Shown piece by piece: positions 6,529 through 14,365 of a stretch of DNA of 64,000 bases. Under the pieces are notes generated by a model. The model was not told the DNA's origin, did not search any database, and saw only the letters and a list, made by a program, of their open reading frames with translations. The DNA comes from Oscillospiraceae bacterium (lineage in GTDB: Bacteria; Bacillota; Clostridia; Oscillospirales; CAG-272), in contig SVRS01000004.1 of NCBI GenBank assembly GCA_015064695.1, forward strand, positions 32,557 through 96,556, read 5' to 3'. Numbering within the stretch: position 1 is the first letter of the stretch; each line of letters begins with the position of its first letter. The translations under genes and the position numbers were made by a program.

Positions 6529-8586
6529 ATGCATTGGTCAGAAGAAATCGCACAAAGAGTCATCGCCAGAAACCCCGACAAGGAGGAGTACGTCTGCGCC
6601 GCGGGCATAAGCCCCTCGGGCTCTGTTCATATCGGTAATTTCCGTGACATCGCCACCTCCCTGTTCGTCTGCAAGGCCATCGAGAAGCAGGGCAAGCGGG
6701 CCCGCCTTCTGTTCTCCTGGGACGACTTTGACCGTTGCCGCAAGATTCCCGCCAACGTTCAGGCTGCCGTGGGCGATGCCTACGACAAGTATATCGGTAC
6801 TCCCTACGTGGATATCCCCGACCCCTGGGGCTGCCACGAGAACTACGCCGAGCATTTCAAGGCCGAGTTCACCGAGTCCATGAAGAAGTTCGGCATCGAG
6901 ATGGACTACCGCCATCAGGGCAATATGTACCGCTCGGGTGCTTACACTCAGGCTATCATCGAGTCCCTCCGCAAGCGGGAGGAGATCTTCGAGATCCTGG
7001 ACTCCTTCAAGACCAAGGATATGACCAAGTCCGAGGAGGAACGCAAGGCCGAGCACGACGCCGAGAAGGCCAAGTATTCCCCCGTGTCGGTCTTCTGCCC
7101 CGAGTGCGGCACCGACTTCACCACCCTGGAGAACATCTCCGAGGACTGCACCGAGGCAGACTACACCTGCCGTTGCGGCTACCACGGACACATCAACTTC
7201 ACCGAGAACTTCAACTGCAAGCTGGGCTGGAAGATCGACTGGCCCATGCGCTGGAGACACGAGGGCGTAGACTTTGAGCCCGGCGGAAAGGATCACGCCG
7301 CTCCCACCGGCTCCTACTCCAACGCCAAGGTGATCTCCAAGAAGATCTTTGGCTACGAGCCTCCCCTGTTCCAGGGCTACGAGTTCATCGGCATCAAGGG
7401 TCTGGCGGGCAAGATGTCCTCTTCCTCTGGTCTGAACCTCACCCCCGATACCATGCTGAAGCTCTACGAGCCCGAGGTCATTCTGTGGCTCTACTCCAAG
7501 ACCGAGCCCACCAAGGCCTTTGACTTCTGCTTCGACGACGGCATTCTCCGTCAGTACTTTGAGTTCGACAAGATGTACGAGGACTACCGCGCAGGAAGAT
7601 GCAACGAGCGCGACGCCGCCATCATGTACAACTGCGACGTGGCGGGCCACGAGGTCAGCACTGTTCCCATGGGCCTGCTGGTTCAGCTGGGCTCCATCGT
7701 GGACTTCAACGTCCCCATGCTGGAGACGGTATTCGAGAAGATCGGCACGCCCTACACCGCCGAGCAGTTCATGGGCAGACTGGACCGCGCCAAGTACTGG
7801 CTGGAGCAGTGCGCTCCCGAGCAGGTCAACCGTCTGCGTGAAACCCGTAACTTTGAGGTCTACAACACCCTCTCCGACGAGGAAAAGCGTGAGATCGCCC
7901 TTCTCCACGACTATCTGGCCGCAGGCGGCTACGATCTGGATGCGCTGAACGCCGAGCTGTACGCCATTCCCAAGCGAGTCTTTGGGGAGGACAAGCCCGA
8001 CAAGGAGCTGAAGGGTCTGCAGGGCAACTTCTTCAAGACGGTCTACAAGCTGCTCATCGACAAGGAGCGGGGCCCCCGTCTGTACCTGTTCCTGTATGCC
8101 ATCGATCCCGCCCGCTACGTGGGTCTTCTGGACTTCTCCTACGAGCAGACCGCCGAGGAGATGGCAGCCGATCAGGCCGTAGCCGACGCTGAGGCCGCCG
8201 CGAATACCCCCGTGGAGAAGGTCTACGGCGAGCCCGATCCCGTACAGCCCATTTCCACCGACATGGTGACCATGGACGACTTTGGTAAGATGGATATCCG
8301 CGTCTGCAAGATCGTGAAGGTGCAGGAGATCCGCAAGTCTCACTCCTGCTACAAGCTGACCCTGAACGACGGCATCGGCGAGCGGGTCATCGTGTCGAGC
8401 ATCAAGCACGACTACACCATCGACGAGCTGGTGGGCAAGAAGATCATTGTTCTGGCCAACCTCACCCCCACCCGTATCACGGGTGTCACCTCCAACGGTA
8501 TGCTCCTGGCCGCCACCAACAACGCCTGCGGCTGTCAGGTCATCTTCGTGGACGAGAGAGTGCCCGAGGGTACCAGATTGCACTAA
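6529..8586 (+). CDS. lysK: Class I lysine--tRNA ligase fused to a C-terminal OB-fold tRNA-binding domain
   Basis: N-terminus MHWSEEIAQRV...GISPSGSVHIGNFRD (HIGH-type motif) and GKMSSSSG (KMSKS-type) identify class I LysRS. The last ~110 aa, DFGKMDIRVCKIVKVQEIRKSHSCYKLTLNDG...LANLTPTRITGVTSNGMLLAA, have the Trbp111/CsaA/MetRS-C type tRNA-binding signature. Confidence 0.85.
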   Translation: MHWSEEIAQRVIARNPDKEEYVCAAGISPSGSVHIGNFRDIATSLFVCKAIEKQGKRARLLFSWDDFDRCRKIPANVQAAVGDAYDKYIGTPYVDIPDPWGCHENYAEHFKAEFTESMKKFGIEMDYRHQGNMYRSGAYTQAIIESLRKREEIFEILDSFKTKDMTKSEEERKAEHDAEKAKYSPVSVFCPECGTDFTTLENISEDCTEADYTCRCGYHGHINFTENFNCKLGWKIDWPMRWRHEGVDFEPGGKDHAAPTGSYSNAKVISKKIFGYEPPLFQGYEFIGIKGLAGKMSSSSGLNLTPDTMLKLYEPEVILWLYSKTEPTKAFDFCFDDGILRQYFEFDKMYEDYRAGRCNERDAAIMYNCDVAGHEVSTVPMGLLVQLGSIVDFNVPMLETVFEKIGTPYTAEQFMGRLDRAKYWLEQCAPEQVNRLRETRNFEVYNTLSDEEKREIALLHDYLAAGGYDLDALNAELYAIPKRVFGEDKPDKELKGLQGNFFKTVYKLLIDKERGPRLYLFLYAIDPARYVGLLDFSYEQTAEEMAADQAVADAEAAANTPVEKVYGEPDPVQPISTDMVTMDDFGKMDIRVCKIVKVQEIRKSHSCYKLTLNDGIGERVIVSSIKHDYTIDELVGKKIIVLANLTPTRITGVTSNGMLLAATNNACGCQVIFVDERVPEGTRLH

Positions 8587-8672
8587 GGGGAGCGGGAGAA
8601 CGCAAGGAACCTTCTTAAAAGAAGGTTCCTTGACCTCCAAGAACTTTTCGAAAAAGGATTCCTCAAAGAGAT
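8587..8672 (+). repeat. Hairpin-plus-tail intergenic repeat R1
   Basis: GGGGAGCGGGAGAACG + perfect hairpin CAAGGAACCTTC-TTAAAA-GAAGGTTCCTTG (8603..8632) + tail ACCTCCAAGAACTTTTCGAAAAAGG. Confidence 0.6.
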
Positions 8673-8736
8673 CAAATGCCAATTCGCTTATTTTGAAAGG
8701 CCTGCTCCGCAGGTCCTTTTCAGAAAGGAGACCGCT

Positions 8737-9939
8737 ATGAAGTGGCCAAAGCTCAAGCATCCGTTGCTCTGCAACGTGGTTCTTGTGGGTAGCGTGATGG
8801 CACCGCCGATACTTTCTCTTTTTCTCCCGGCTCTACCCGTTGCGGACAATATACATCCTCTTTTGCTCGCTGTCATCATACTTGCTCCGTGGTGTTGGGC
8901 ACTCTGGTTCATGATCAGCCACTACGCCATTCTCATGATGACCAGTATGTGTCTGGAAATGTACCAAGCCTATCTCCACGGCCGCAGACATTTCACCTGT
9001 CCCCAAAACGGGGAAGATCCGGATACCATCCGCAAAAGAATCCTTCGCCGTGTGGGGCGGTTCGGCTCTCCGTATGAGGTCAAGGCAGTCCCTCCGGAGC
9101 TTTTGACCATCCGGTACAAGAATTCCCCCTCCGGCACGGTCTACTACAACCGCATCGAAAAGCTCCTGCTCGTGTATGAGGCGGACATCCTTGACGGGGA
9201 AGCCTTCCGCAAGCTGTGGCAATCCGCCCACGCCATCGCCAACATCATCGGCAGGGAGCAAAAGCCCCTGTACCGTAAGCCCAAGGGGCACTCCAAGGAT
9301 AACTCGGTATCGGTAGTTGCGGTGATTCTGGCAAATACCGTTTCCCCCGATATGGCCGCCAAGCTGGTTGAGACAGAGATCAGAACAGACGATCGTCATG
9401 TGCTTTTCTGTGCCGTGGAGCTTTCGAACGCCAAATACTACTTCGACAACCAGAAAGAGCCCTTCATGTTTGCTTATCCCGTGAAGAACCGCGCCGTTAA
9501 CCTGATCCACCGCGTTGTGTTCGGCGGACGGGTACCCCTGCGGAGCAATCCCCATATGCTCCCCGAGCCCCAGTGGGCGGAGCAGGACGGATTCTCCCCC
9601 GAGGAATCCCTGTGGAGCTTCATGAAGCACTTGCAAAAGGAGCTCAAAGGGTTCGGACGCCGGGGAAAAAAGATGCTTCAAAATATGCCCGCCGACACCG
9701 TACACATGGACGACAGCTGGCTGTACTGCAAGATCGGGGACCGCGTGTCCACCATGATGGTAGATGACGACGAAATCGACCCGCAGAAAAAGCAGGTCAC
9801 CCTCTCCTTGAATTGGTATTATCCCAAATCCAACCGCATTTCCAAAAAGGATAACGCTACCATTCGCCGCCTGACCGAGGAATTCCTCCATGGGCAGGGC
9901 TTTGAGGTGACCTTTACAGATCCCTATGCCGATGAATAG
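8737..9939 (+). CDS. Hypothetical membrane-anchored protein (400 aa)
   Basis: AAAGGAG RBS, two N-terminal hydrophobic helices, and non-repetitive amino-acid composition. No family recognised. Confidence 0.6.
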   Translation: MKWPKLKHPLLCNVVLVGSVMAPPILSLFLPALPVADNIHPLLLAVIILAPWCWALWFMISHYAILMMTSMCLEMYQAYLHGRRHFTCPQNGEDPDTIRKRILRRVGRFGSPYEVKAVPPELLTIRYKNSPSGTVYYNRIEKLLLVYEADILDGEAFRKLWQSAHAIANIIGREQKPLYRKPKGHSKDNSVSVVAVILANTVSPDMAAKLVETEIRTDDRHVLFCAVELSNAKYYFDNQKEPFMFAYPVKNRAVNLIHRVVFGGRVPLRSNPHMLPEPQWAEQDGFSPEESLWSFMKHLQKELKGFGRRGKKMLQNMPADTVHMDDSWLYCKIGDRVSTMMVDDDEIDPQKKQVTLSLNWYYPKSNRISKKDNATIRRLTEEFLHGQGFEVTFTDPYADE

Positions 9940-10071
9940 AGGTGCCATAGAACGAGCCTGTGCGGGACGAGTCACCCGTGCAGGCTTTTTTTTCGGAGGA
10001 GGGGACGATTTTGGCCGCACCCCTTGCAATCTCCCGCAAAATATGTTACAATATAAGAAAACGAAATTCCC

Positions 10072-10145
10072 TTGCTAAAGTTTTTGGGAATCCAAAACCC
10101 TTTTTTCAAAAAGGGTTTTGGCCGCCGGAGGCTCGCTCCCCCCGC
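10072..10145 (-). repeat. Hairpin-plus-tail intergenic repeat R2 (inverted)
   Basis: The reverse complement reads GGGGGAGCGAGCCTCCGGCGGC + CCAAAACCCTTTTT-GA-AAAAAGGGTTTTGG + ATTCCCAAAAACTTT. It lies between the ygiQ promoter and the start codon. Confidence 0.6.
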
Positions 10146-10171
10146 AAATTTTCCCCGAAAGGACACGCCTT

Positions 10172-12211
10172 ATGCCTACTGTTTCCGATTTTCTCCCCTT
10201 GACCCGCGCCGATATGGATGCCCGCGGGTGGGACCGCCCCGATTTTGTCTACGTCACGGGTGACGCCTATGTGGATCACCCCTCCTTTGGCGTGTCCATC
10301 ATCTCCCGCGTCCTGGAGGCCGAGGGCTTTCGGGTGGCCATCCTGTCCCAGCCCGATTATAAGTCAGCCGAGGCCTTCAAGGAGTACGGACGTCCTCGAT
10401 TGGGCTTTTTGGTGACGGCGGGCAACATCGACTCCATGGTGGCTCACTACACCGCCGCCAAGCGCAAGCGCACCTACGATTACTACTCCGCGGGGGGCAA
10501 GATGGGGAACCGCCCCGACAGAGCCACCATCGTTTACTGCAACCGCATCCGCGAGGCCTACGGTGACGTGCCCATCATCATCGGCGGCCTGGAGGCCTCC
10601 CTCCGCCGCTTCGCTCACTACGACTACTGGGACGATAAGGTGCGCCGCTCGGTCCTGGTGGACAGCCGCGCCGATATCCTGACCTACGGTATGGGGGAGA
10701 ATATTCTCCGCCGCATTGCAAGGTTGCTTGACAAAGGTGTGCCCATCCGCAAGATCCGGGACGTGCGGGGCACCTGCTACCTCTGCAAGACCGAAGAGCG
10801 CGACACCATCCACTTTCCCGTGGCGGCTACCTTTGATTACAACGAGCTGAAAACCGACAAGCACAAGTACGCCGAGGCCTTTGGCGTCCAGTACCGCAAC
10901 CAGGACGCCATAAACGGCAAGGCCATCTGCGAGGTCTACGACAATAAGATCCTCGTCCAGAATCCCCCCATGCCTCCCTTGGAGCGGGAAGAGCTGGACG
11001 CCGTCTACGCCCTGCCCTACACCCGCACCTACCACCCCTCCTACGAGAAGGACGGCGGCGTGCCCGGTATCGAGGAGGTGCGCTTCTCGGTGACCCATAA
11101 CCGCGGTTGCTTCGGTGCCTGCAATTTCTGCGCCCTGGCCTTTCACCAGGGCAGAACCGTGCGCTCCCGCAGCATCGAGTCGGTGGTGGCCGAGGCCAAG
11201 CAGATCACCGAAATGCCTGACTTTAAGGGCTACATCCACGACGTGGGCGGTCCCACCGCCAACTTCCGCTATCCTGCCTGCAAGAAACAGCTGGAGAGCG
11301 GCGTTTGCGCCAACCGCAAGTGTCTCGCCCCCAAGCCCTGCCCCAATCTCATTGCCGATCACTCCGAGTATATCGAGCTTCTGCAAGCCATCGAGGCTCT
11401 GCCCAAGGTGAAGAAGGTGTTCATCCGCTCGGGCATCCGCTTTGACTATCTGCTGGCCGATCCCAAGGACGACTTCTTCCGCAAGCTGGTGAAGGATCAC
11501 GTATCGGGACAGCTCAAGGTCGCCCCCGAGCATTGTGCCTCCCCCGTTCTGCGATGCATGGGCAAGCCCGATTTCCACGTCTACGAGACCTTCCGCAAGA
11601 AGTATTTCGAGCTTTCCAAGGAATGCGGCAAGGAGCAATACCTGGTGCCCTACCTCATGTCCAGCCACCCGGGCTCGACTTTGAACGAGGCCATTGATCT
11701 GGCTCTCTGCCTCAAGCGGGATCACTATGCTCCCGAGCAGGTGCAGGATTATTATCCCACCCCCGGCACGGCCTCTACCGTTATGTTCTACACCGGCATC
11801 AATCCCCTGGACATGAAGCCTGTCCACGTGGTCACCGACTACCACGAAAAACAGCTCCAGCGCGCCCTGCTCCAGTACAACCGCCCCGAGAACGCCGATC
11901 TGGTTCGCGAGGCTCTGACCAAGGCGGGACGAACCGATCTCATCGGCTTTGGCCCCGAATGCCTGGTGCGCCCCGCAGGGGGAAGACCGAGCCCCGATCA
12001 CCGCACCTCGGAGAGAAGGTCCGGCGCCGGGAAACCGGCCTCGGTCAAAACGGCCACAGGCAAGGCTTCCTCCGCCAAGACCTCCTCCGGGAAGCCGGCC
12101 GCCGACAGAACGGCCAACGGAAAGCCCGCGAGGGGCAAGCCCTCCTTTGACAAACCCGCCTCCAAGGGCGGTAAAGCTCCCGCCAAGAACGGCGGCCGGG
12201 GAAGGAGATAA
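10172..12211 (+). CDS. ygiQ: YgiQ-family radical SAM protein (UPF0313) with basic K/P/G-rich tail
   Basis: MPTVSDFLPLTRADMDARGWDRPDFVYVTGDAYVDHPSFGVSIISRVLEAEGFRVAILSQPDY plus HNRGCFGACNFCAL (CxxxCxxC cluster). ATG at 10172 chosen inside ORF 10118..12211. Confidence 0.85.
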   Translation: MPTVSDFLPLTRADMDARGWDRPDFVYVTGDAYVDHPSFGVSIISRVLEAEGFRVAILSQPDYKSAEAFKEYGRPRLGFLVTAGNIDSMVAHYTAAKRKRTYDYYSAGGKMGNRPDRATIVYCNRIREAYGDVPIIIGGLEASLRRFAHYDYWDDKVRRSVLVDSRADILTYGMGENILRRIARLLDKGVPIRKIRDVRGTCYLCKTEERDTIHFPVAATFDYNELKTDKHKYAEAFGVQYRNQDAINGKAICEVYDNKILVQNPPMPPLEREELDAVYALPYTRTYHPSYEKDGGVPGIEEVRFSVTHNRGCFGACNFCALAFHQGRTVRSRSIESVVAEAKQITEMPDFKGYIHDVGGPTANFRYPACKKQLESGVCANRKCLAPKPCPNLIADHSEYIELLQAIEALPKVKKVFIRSGIRFDYLLADPKDDFFRKLVKDHVSGQLKVAPEHCASPVLRCMGKPDFHVYETFRKKYFELSKECGKEQYLVPYLMSSHPGSTLNEAIDLALCLKRDHYAPEQVQDYYPTPGTASTVMFYTGINPLDMKPVHVVTDYHEKQLQRALLQYNRPENADLVREALTKAGRTDLIGFGPECLVRPAGGRPSPDHRTSERRSGAGKPASVKTATGKASSAKTSSGKPAADRTANGKPARGKPSFDKPASKGGKAPAKNGGRGRR

Positions 12212-12214
12212 GCC

Positions 12215-13258
12215 GTGGCACTCAATATTCTGAAGGAAGCCGACTTCCGCAAGGAGCTGAAGGCGGCCGCTACGGGAGGCTACCTCTTTTTCGGAGAGGA
12301 GGACTACATGAAGTCCGCCTCCATCCGCATGGCGCGGCAGAGTGTAGCCGAGGCCGACCCCACCATGGCCGCCTTTGACGATATCCGTCTGGACGGTCTG
12401 GACTTCACCCCTGCGGCTCTGTTGGATGCAATGTCCGTTCCTCCCATGGGTGGAAGCCGCAAGGTCATCACGATCACGGGTATGAATTTCAACGCCCTCC
12501 GCGCCGCCGACCTGGACAAGCTCTGCGAGGCCTTGGCCGAGATCCCATCTTATCCCTACAATTTGGTGATCTTCTCCGCCGCCGCCGATGCTTTGGATGG
12601 GGGAAATCTGCCCAAAAAGCCCTCCGAGCTACTGACCACTCTGGGGGAATATCTCCGTCCCGTCTATTTCGAACGGAACACCCCCGCCAAGCTTGCGGGC
12701 TGGGTACAGAAGCACTACCTCCACAACGGAGTACAGGCGGATCCTTCCGTCTGCCAGTTCACCGTGGAATACTGCGGGCGAAATATGTTCACCCTGTCCG
12801 GGGAGATCGACAAGGTCTCCTTCTACGTCCGCGCCAAGGGACGGGATACCGCCACCGAGGCCGACATTCGTACCGCCGCCATCCCCGCCATGGAGTATGA
12901 TGCCTTTGCCTTCACCAACGCCATCATGGAGCGAAGACGGGGGGATGCCCTGGATATTCTGGCGGATCTGAAGCTCCGTCGGGTGGAACCCCTGTACATT
13001 CTCTCAGAGGTCTCCCGCGTGGTCTGCGATCTCATGGCCATCCGCACCATGGCTGACGGAGGCCACACCTCCGCCGAGATCGGATCCTCCCTCAAAATGC
13101 ACGAATACCGTGTGGGTCTCTACATGAAGCAGGCCCGCAAAGCCGATCTTGCCCTCCTGCGTGGCGCGGTCACCGCCTGCCAGGCCGCTGACAGAGCCCT
13201 CAAGCGCTCGGCGGGCGACGGGTACGGCATCATTGAACGGTTGATCTGTACGCTTTAA
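12215..13258 (+). CDS. holA: DNA polymerase III subunit delta
   Basis: 347 aa. N-terminus LKAAATGGYLFFGEEDYMK with HolA-like length and layout. GTG start 3 nt after the ygiQ stop, with GGAAGGAG RBS. Confidence 0.75.
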   Translation: MALNILKEADFRKELKAAATGGYLFFGEEDYMKSASIRMARQSVAEADPTMAAFDDIRLDGLDFTPAALLDAMSVPPMGGSRKVITITGMNFNALRAADLDKLCEALAEIPSYPYNLVIFSAAADALDGGNLPKKPSELLTTLGEYLRPVYFERNTPAKLAGWVQKHYLHNGVQADPSVCQFTVEYCGRNMFTLSGEIDKVSFYVRAKGRDTATEADIRTAAIPAMEYDAFAFTNAIMERRRGDALDILADLKLRRVEPLYILSEVSRVVCDLMAIRTMADGGHTSAEIGSSLKMHEYRVGLYMKQARKADLALLRGAVTACQAADRALKRSAGDGYGIIERLICTL

Positions 13259-13269
13259 CCTATGGACAT

Positions 13270-13394
13270 TTCAAAAAATCCCTTCGCGCAGAGACGTCTA
13301 CGCGAAGGGATTTTTTCATGCTCACGGGAAAGGCTGACGAAAAAACCTTTTTCGCGAGCCGTTTTCCGTGCGTTCAATATGCAGAGATTCCCCT
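13270..13394 (-). repeat. Degenerate MITE-family relic F
   Basis: CGCGAAGGGATTTTTTCATGCTCACGGGAAAGG...CCGTTTTCCGTGCGTTCAATATGCAGAGATTCCCC parallels the central hairpin and right half of copies B and C. Its hairpin AAATCCCTTCGCG...CGCGAAGGGATTT also looks like the holA terminator. Confidence 0.4.
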
Positions 13395-13448
13395 TACGAA
13401 GGACCATTTTACATCTTATACTAATCCTTGACAAAAACATTGAATAGA

Positions 13449-13520
13449 AGAGCGTGCCTCCGGCGGCTTAAACCCTTCTTTGAAGAAGGGTTTAAGAATC
13501 CCAAGAACTTCAAAAAAGAA
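13449..13520 (+). repeat. Hairpin-plus-tail intergenic repeat R3
   Basis: AGAGCGTGCCTCCGGCGG + CTTAAACCCTTC-TTTGAA-GAAGGGTTTAAG (13467..13496) + AATCCCAAGAACTTCAAAAAAG. Confidence 0.6.
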
Positions 13521-13617
13521 TTATAGAGGATACAAGAGGAAAACAGATACCATAGAGGGCATCACCATGGGGCCCCTCCCCCATTGGTTCGGGAGAACGG
13601 TTTGACATTCAAGGTTT

Positions 13618-14364
13618 TTATTGATAATTAGTATTAGGGGAAGATTCGCACGACTCCTTGTCCACGATCTCGCTTCCCTTCCCACTCTTGAAGATGGCAT
13701 AGGCGGGCACTGCGCCCCGGACGGAGGACAGAGGATAGATATTCGTGTGCGCACCGATCACCGTACCGGGATTCAGGACGCTGTTGCAACCCACCTCCGC
13801 AAAGTCTCCCAGCATGGCTCCCAGCTTTTTCCGCCCCGTGGAGATGGGATCAAAATCGCCCTTAAATCCCCTTGCAGGCTTGACCGTGACGGGGGATCTA
13901 TCGCTTTTGACGTTGGAGGTGATGGCCCCCGCTCCCATATGGGATTTATAGCCCAGCACCGAATCTCCCACGTAGTTATAGTGGGGCACCTGTACTCCAT
14001 CAAAGAGGATGCAATTTTTCAGCTCGGTAGAATTGCCCACCACGCAATCTTCCCCCACCAATACCGCACCGCGGATGAAGGCCCCATGACGCACCTCGGT
14101 ATGCTCCCCGATGATAGCGGGTGCATTGATACAGGCCGTAGGTGCGACGGTAGCGGAGCGGGCGATCCAGATTCCGTCGGCGGGGTGGTCGTACAGCATG
14201 GGATCCAACGTGTCCCCGATCTCTCGGATGATCACGGGAATCTCCGAGAGAATCTCCCAGGGGAATTCGGTATGCTCCAGCCAGGGCTTGGCACGGGTGT
14301 GGGTCAGATCGAACAAGGCTTGCGTGCGGAGGGGGATGCGGGGTGCTTCATCATTCTTTTTCAT
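13618..14364 (-). CDS. Left-handed beta-helix (hexapeptide-repeat) protein, GlmU C-terminal-like
   Basis: Repeated [LIV]G hexapeptide pattern (IIGEHTEVRHGAFIRGAVLVGEDCVVGNSTELKNCILFDGVQVPHYNYVGDSVLG...). The ATG at 14362-14364 lies 1 nt after the glmM TGA stop, suggesting translational coupling. Confidence 0.65.
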   Translation of the reverse strand: MKKNDEAPRIPLRTQALFDLTHTRAKPWLEHTEFPWEILSEIPVIIREIGDTLDPMLYDHPADGIWIARSATVAPTACINAPAIIGEHTEVRHGAFIRGAVLVGEDCVVGNSTELKNCILFDGVQVPHYNYVGDSVLGYKSHMGAGAITSNVKSDRSPVTVKPARGFKGDFDPISTGRKKLGAMLGDFAEVGCNSVLNPGTVIGAHTNIYPLSSVRGAVPAYAIFKSGKGSEIVDKESCESSPNTNYQ

Positions 14365-14365
14365 A

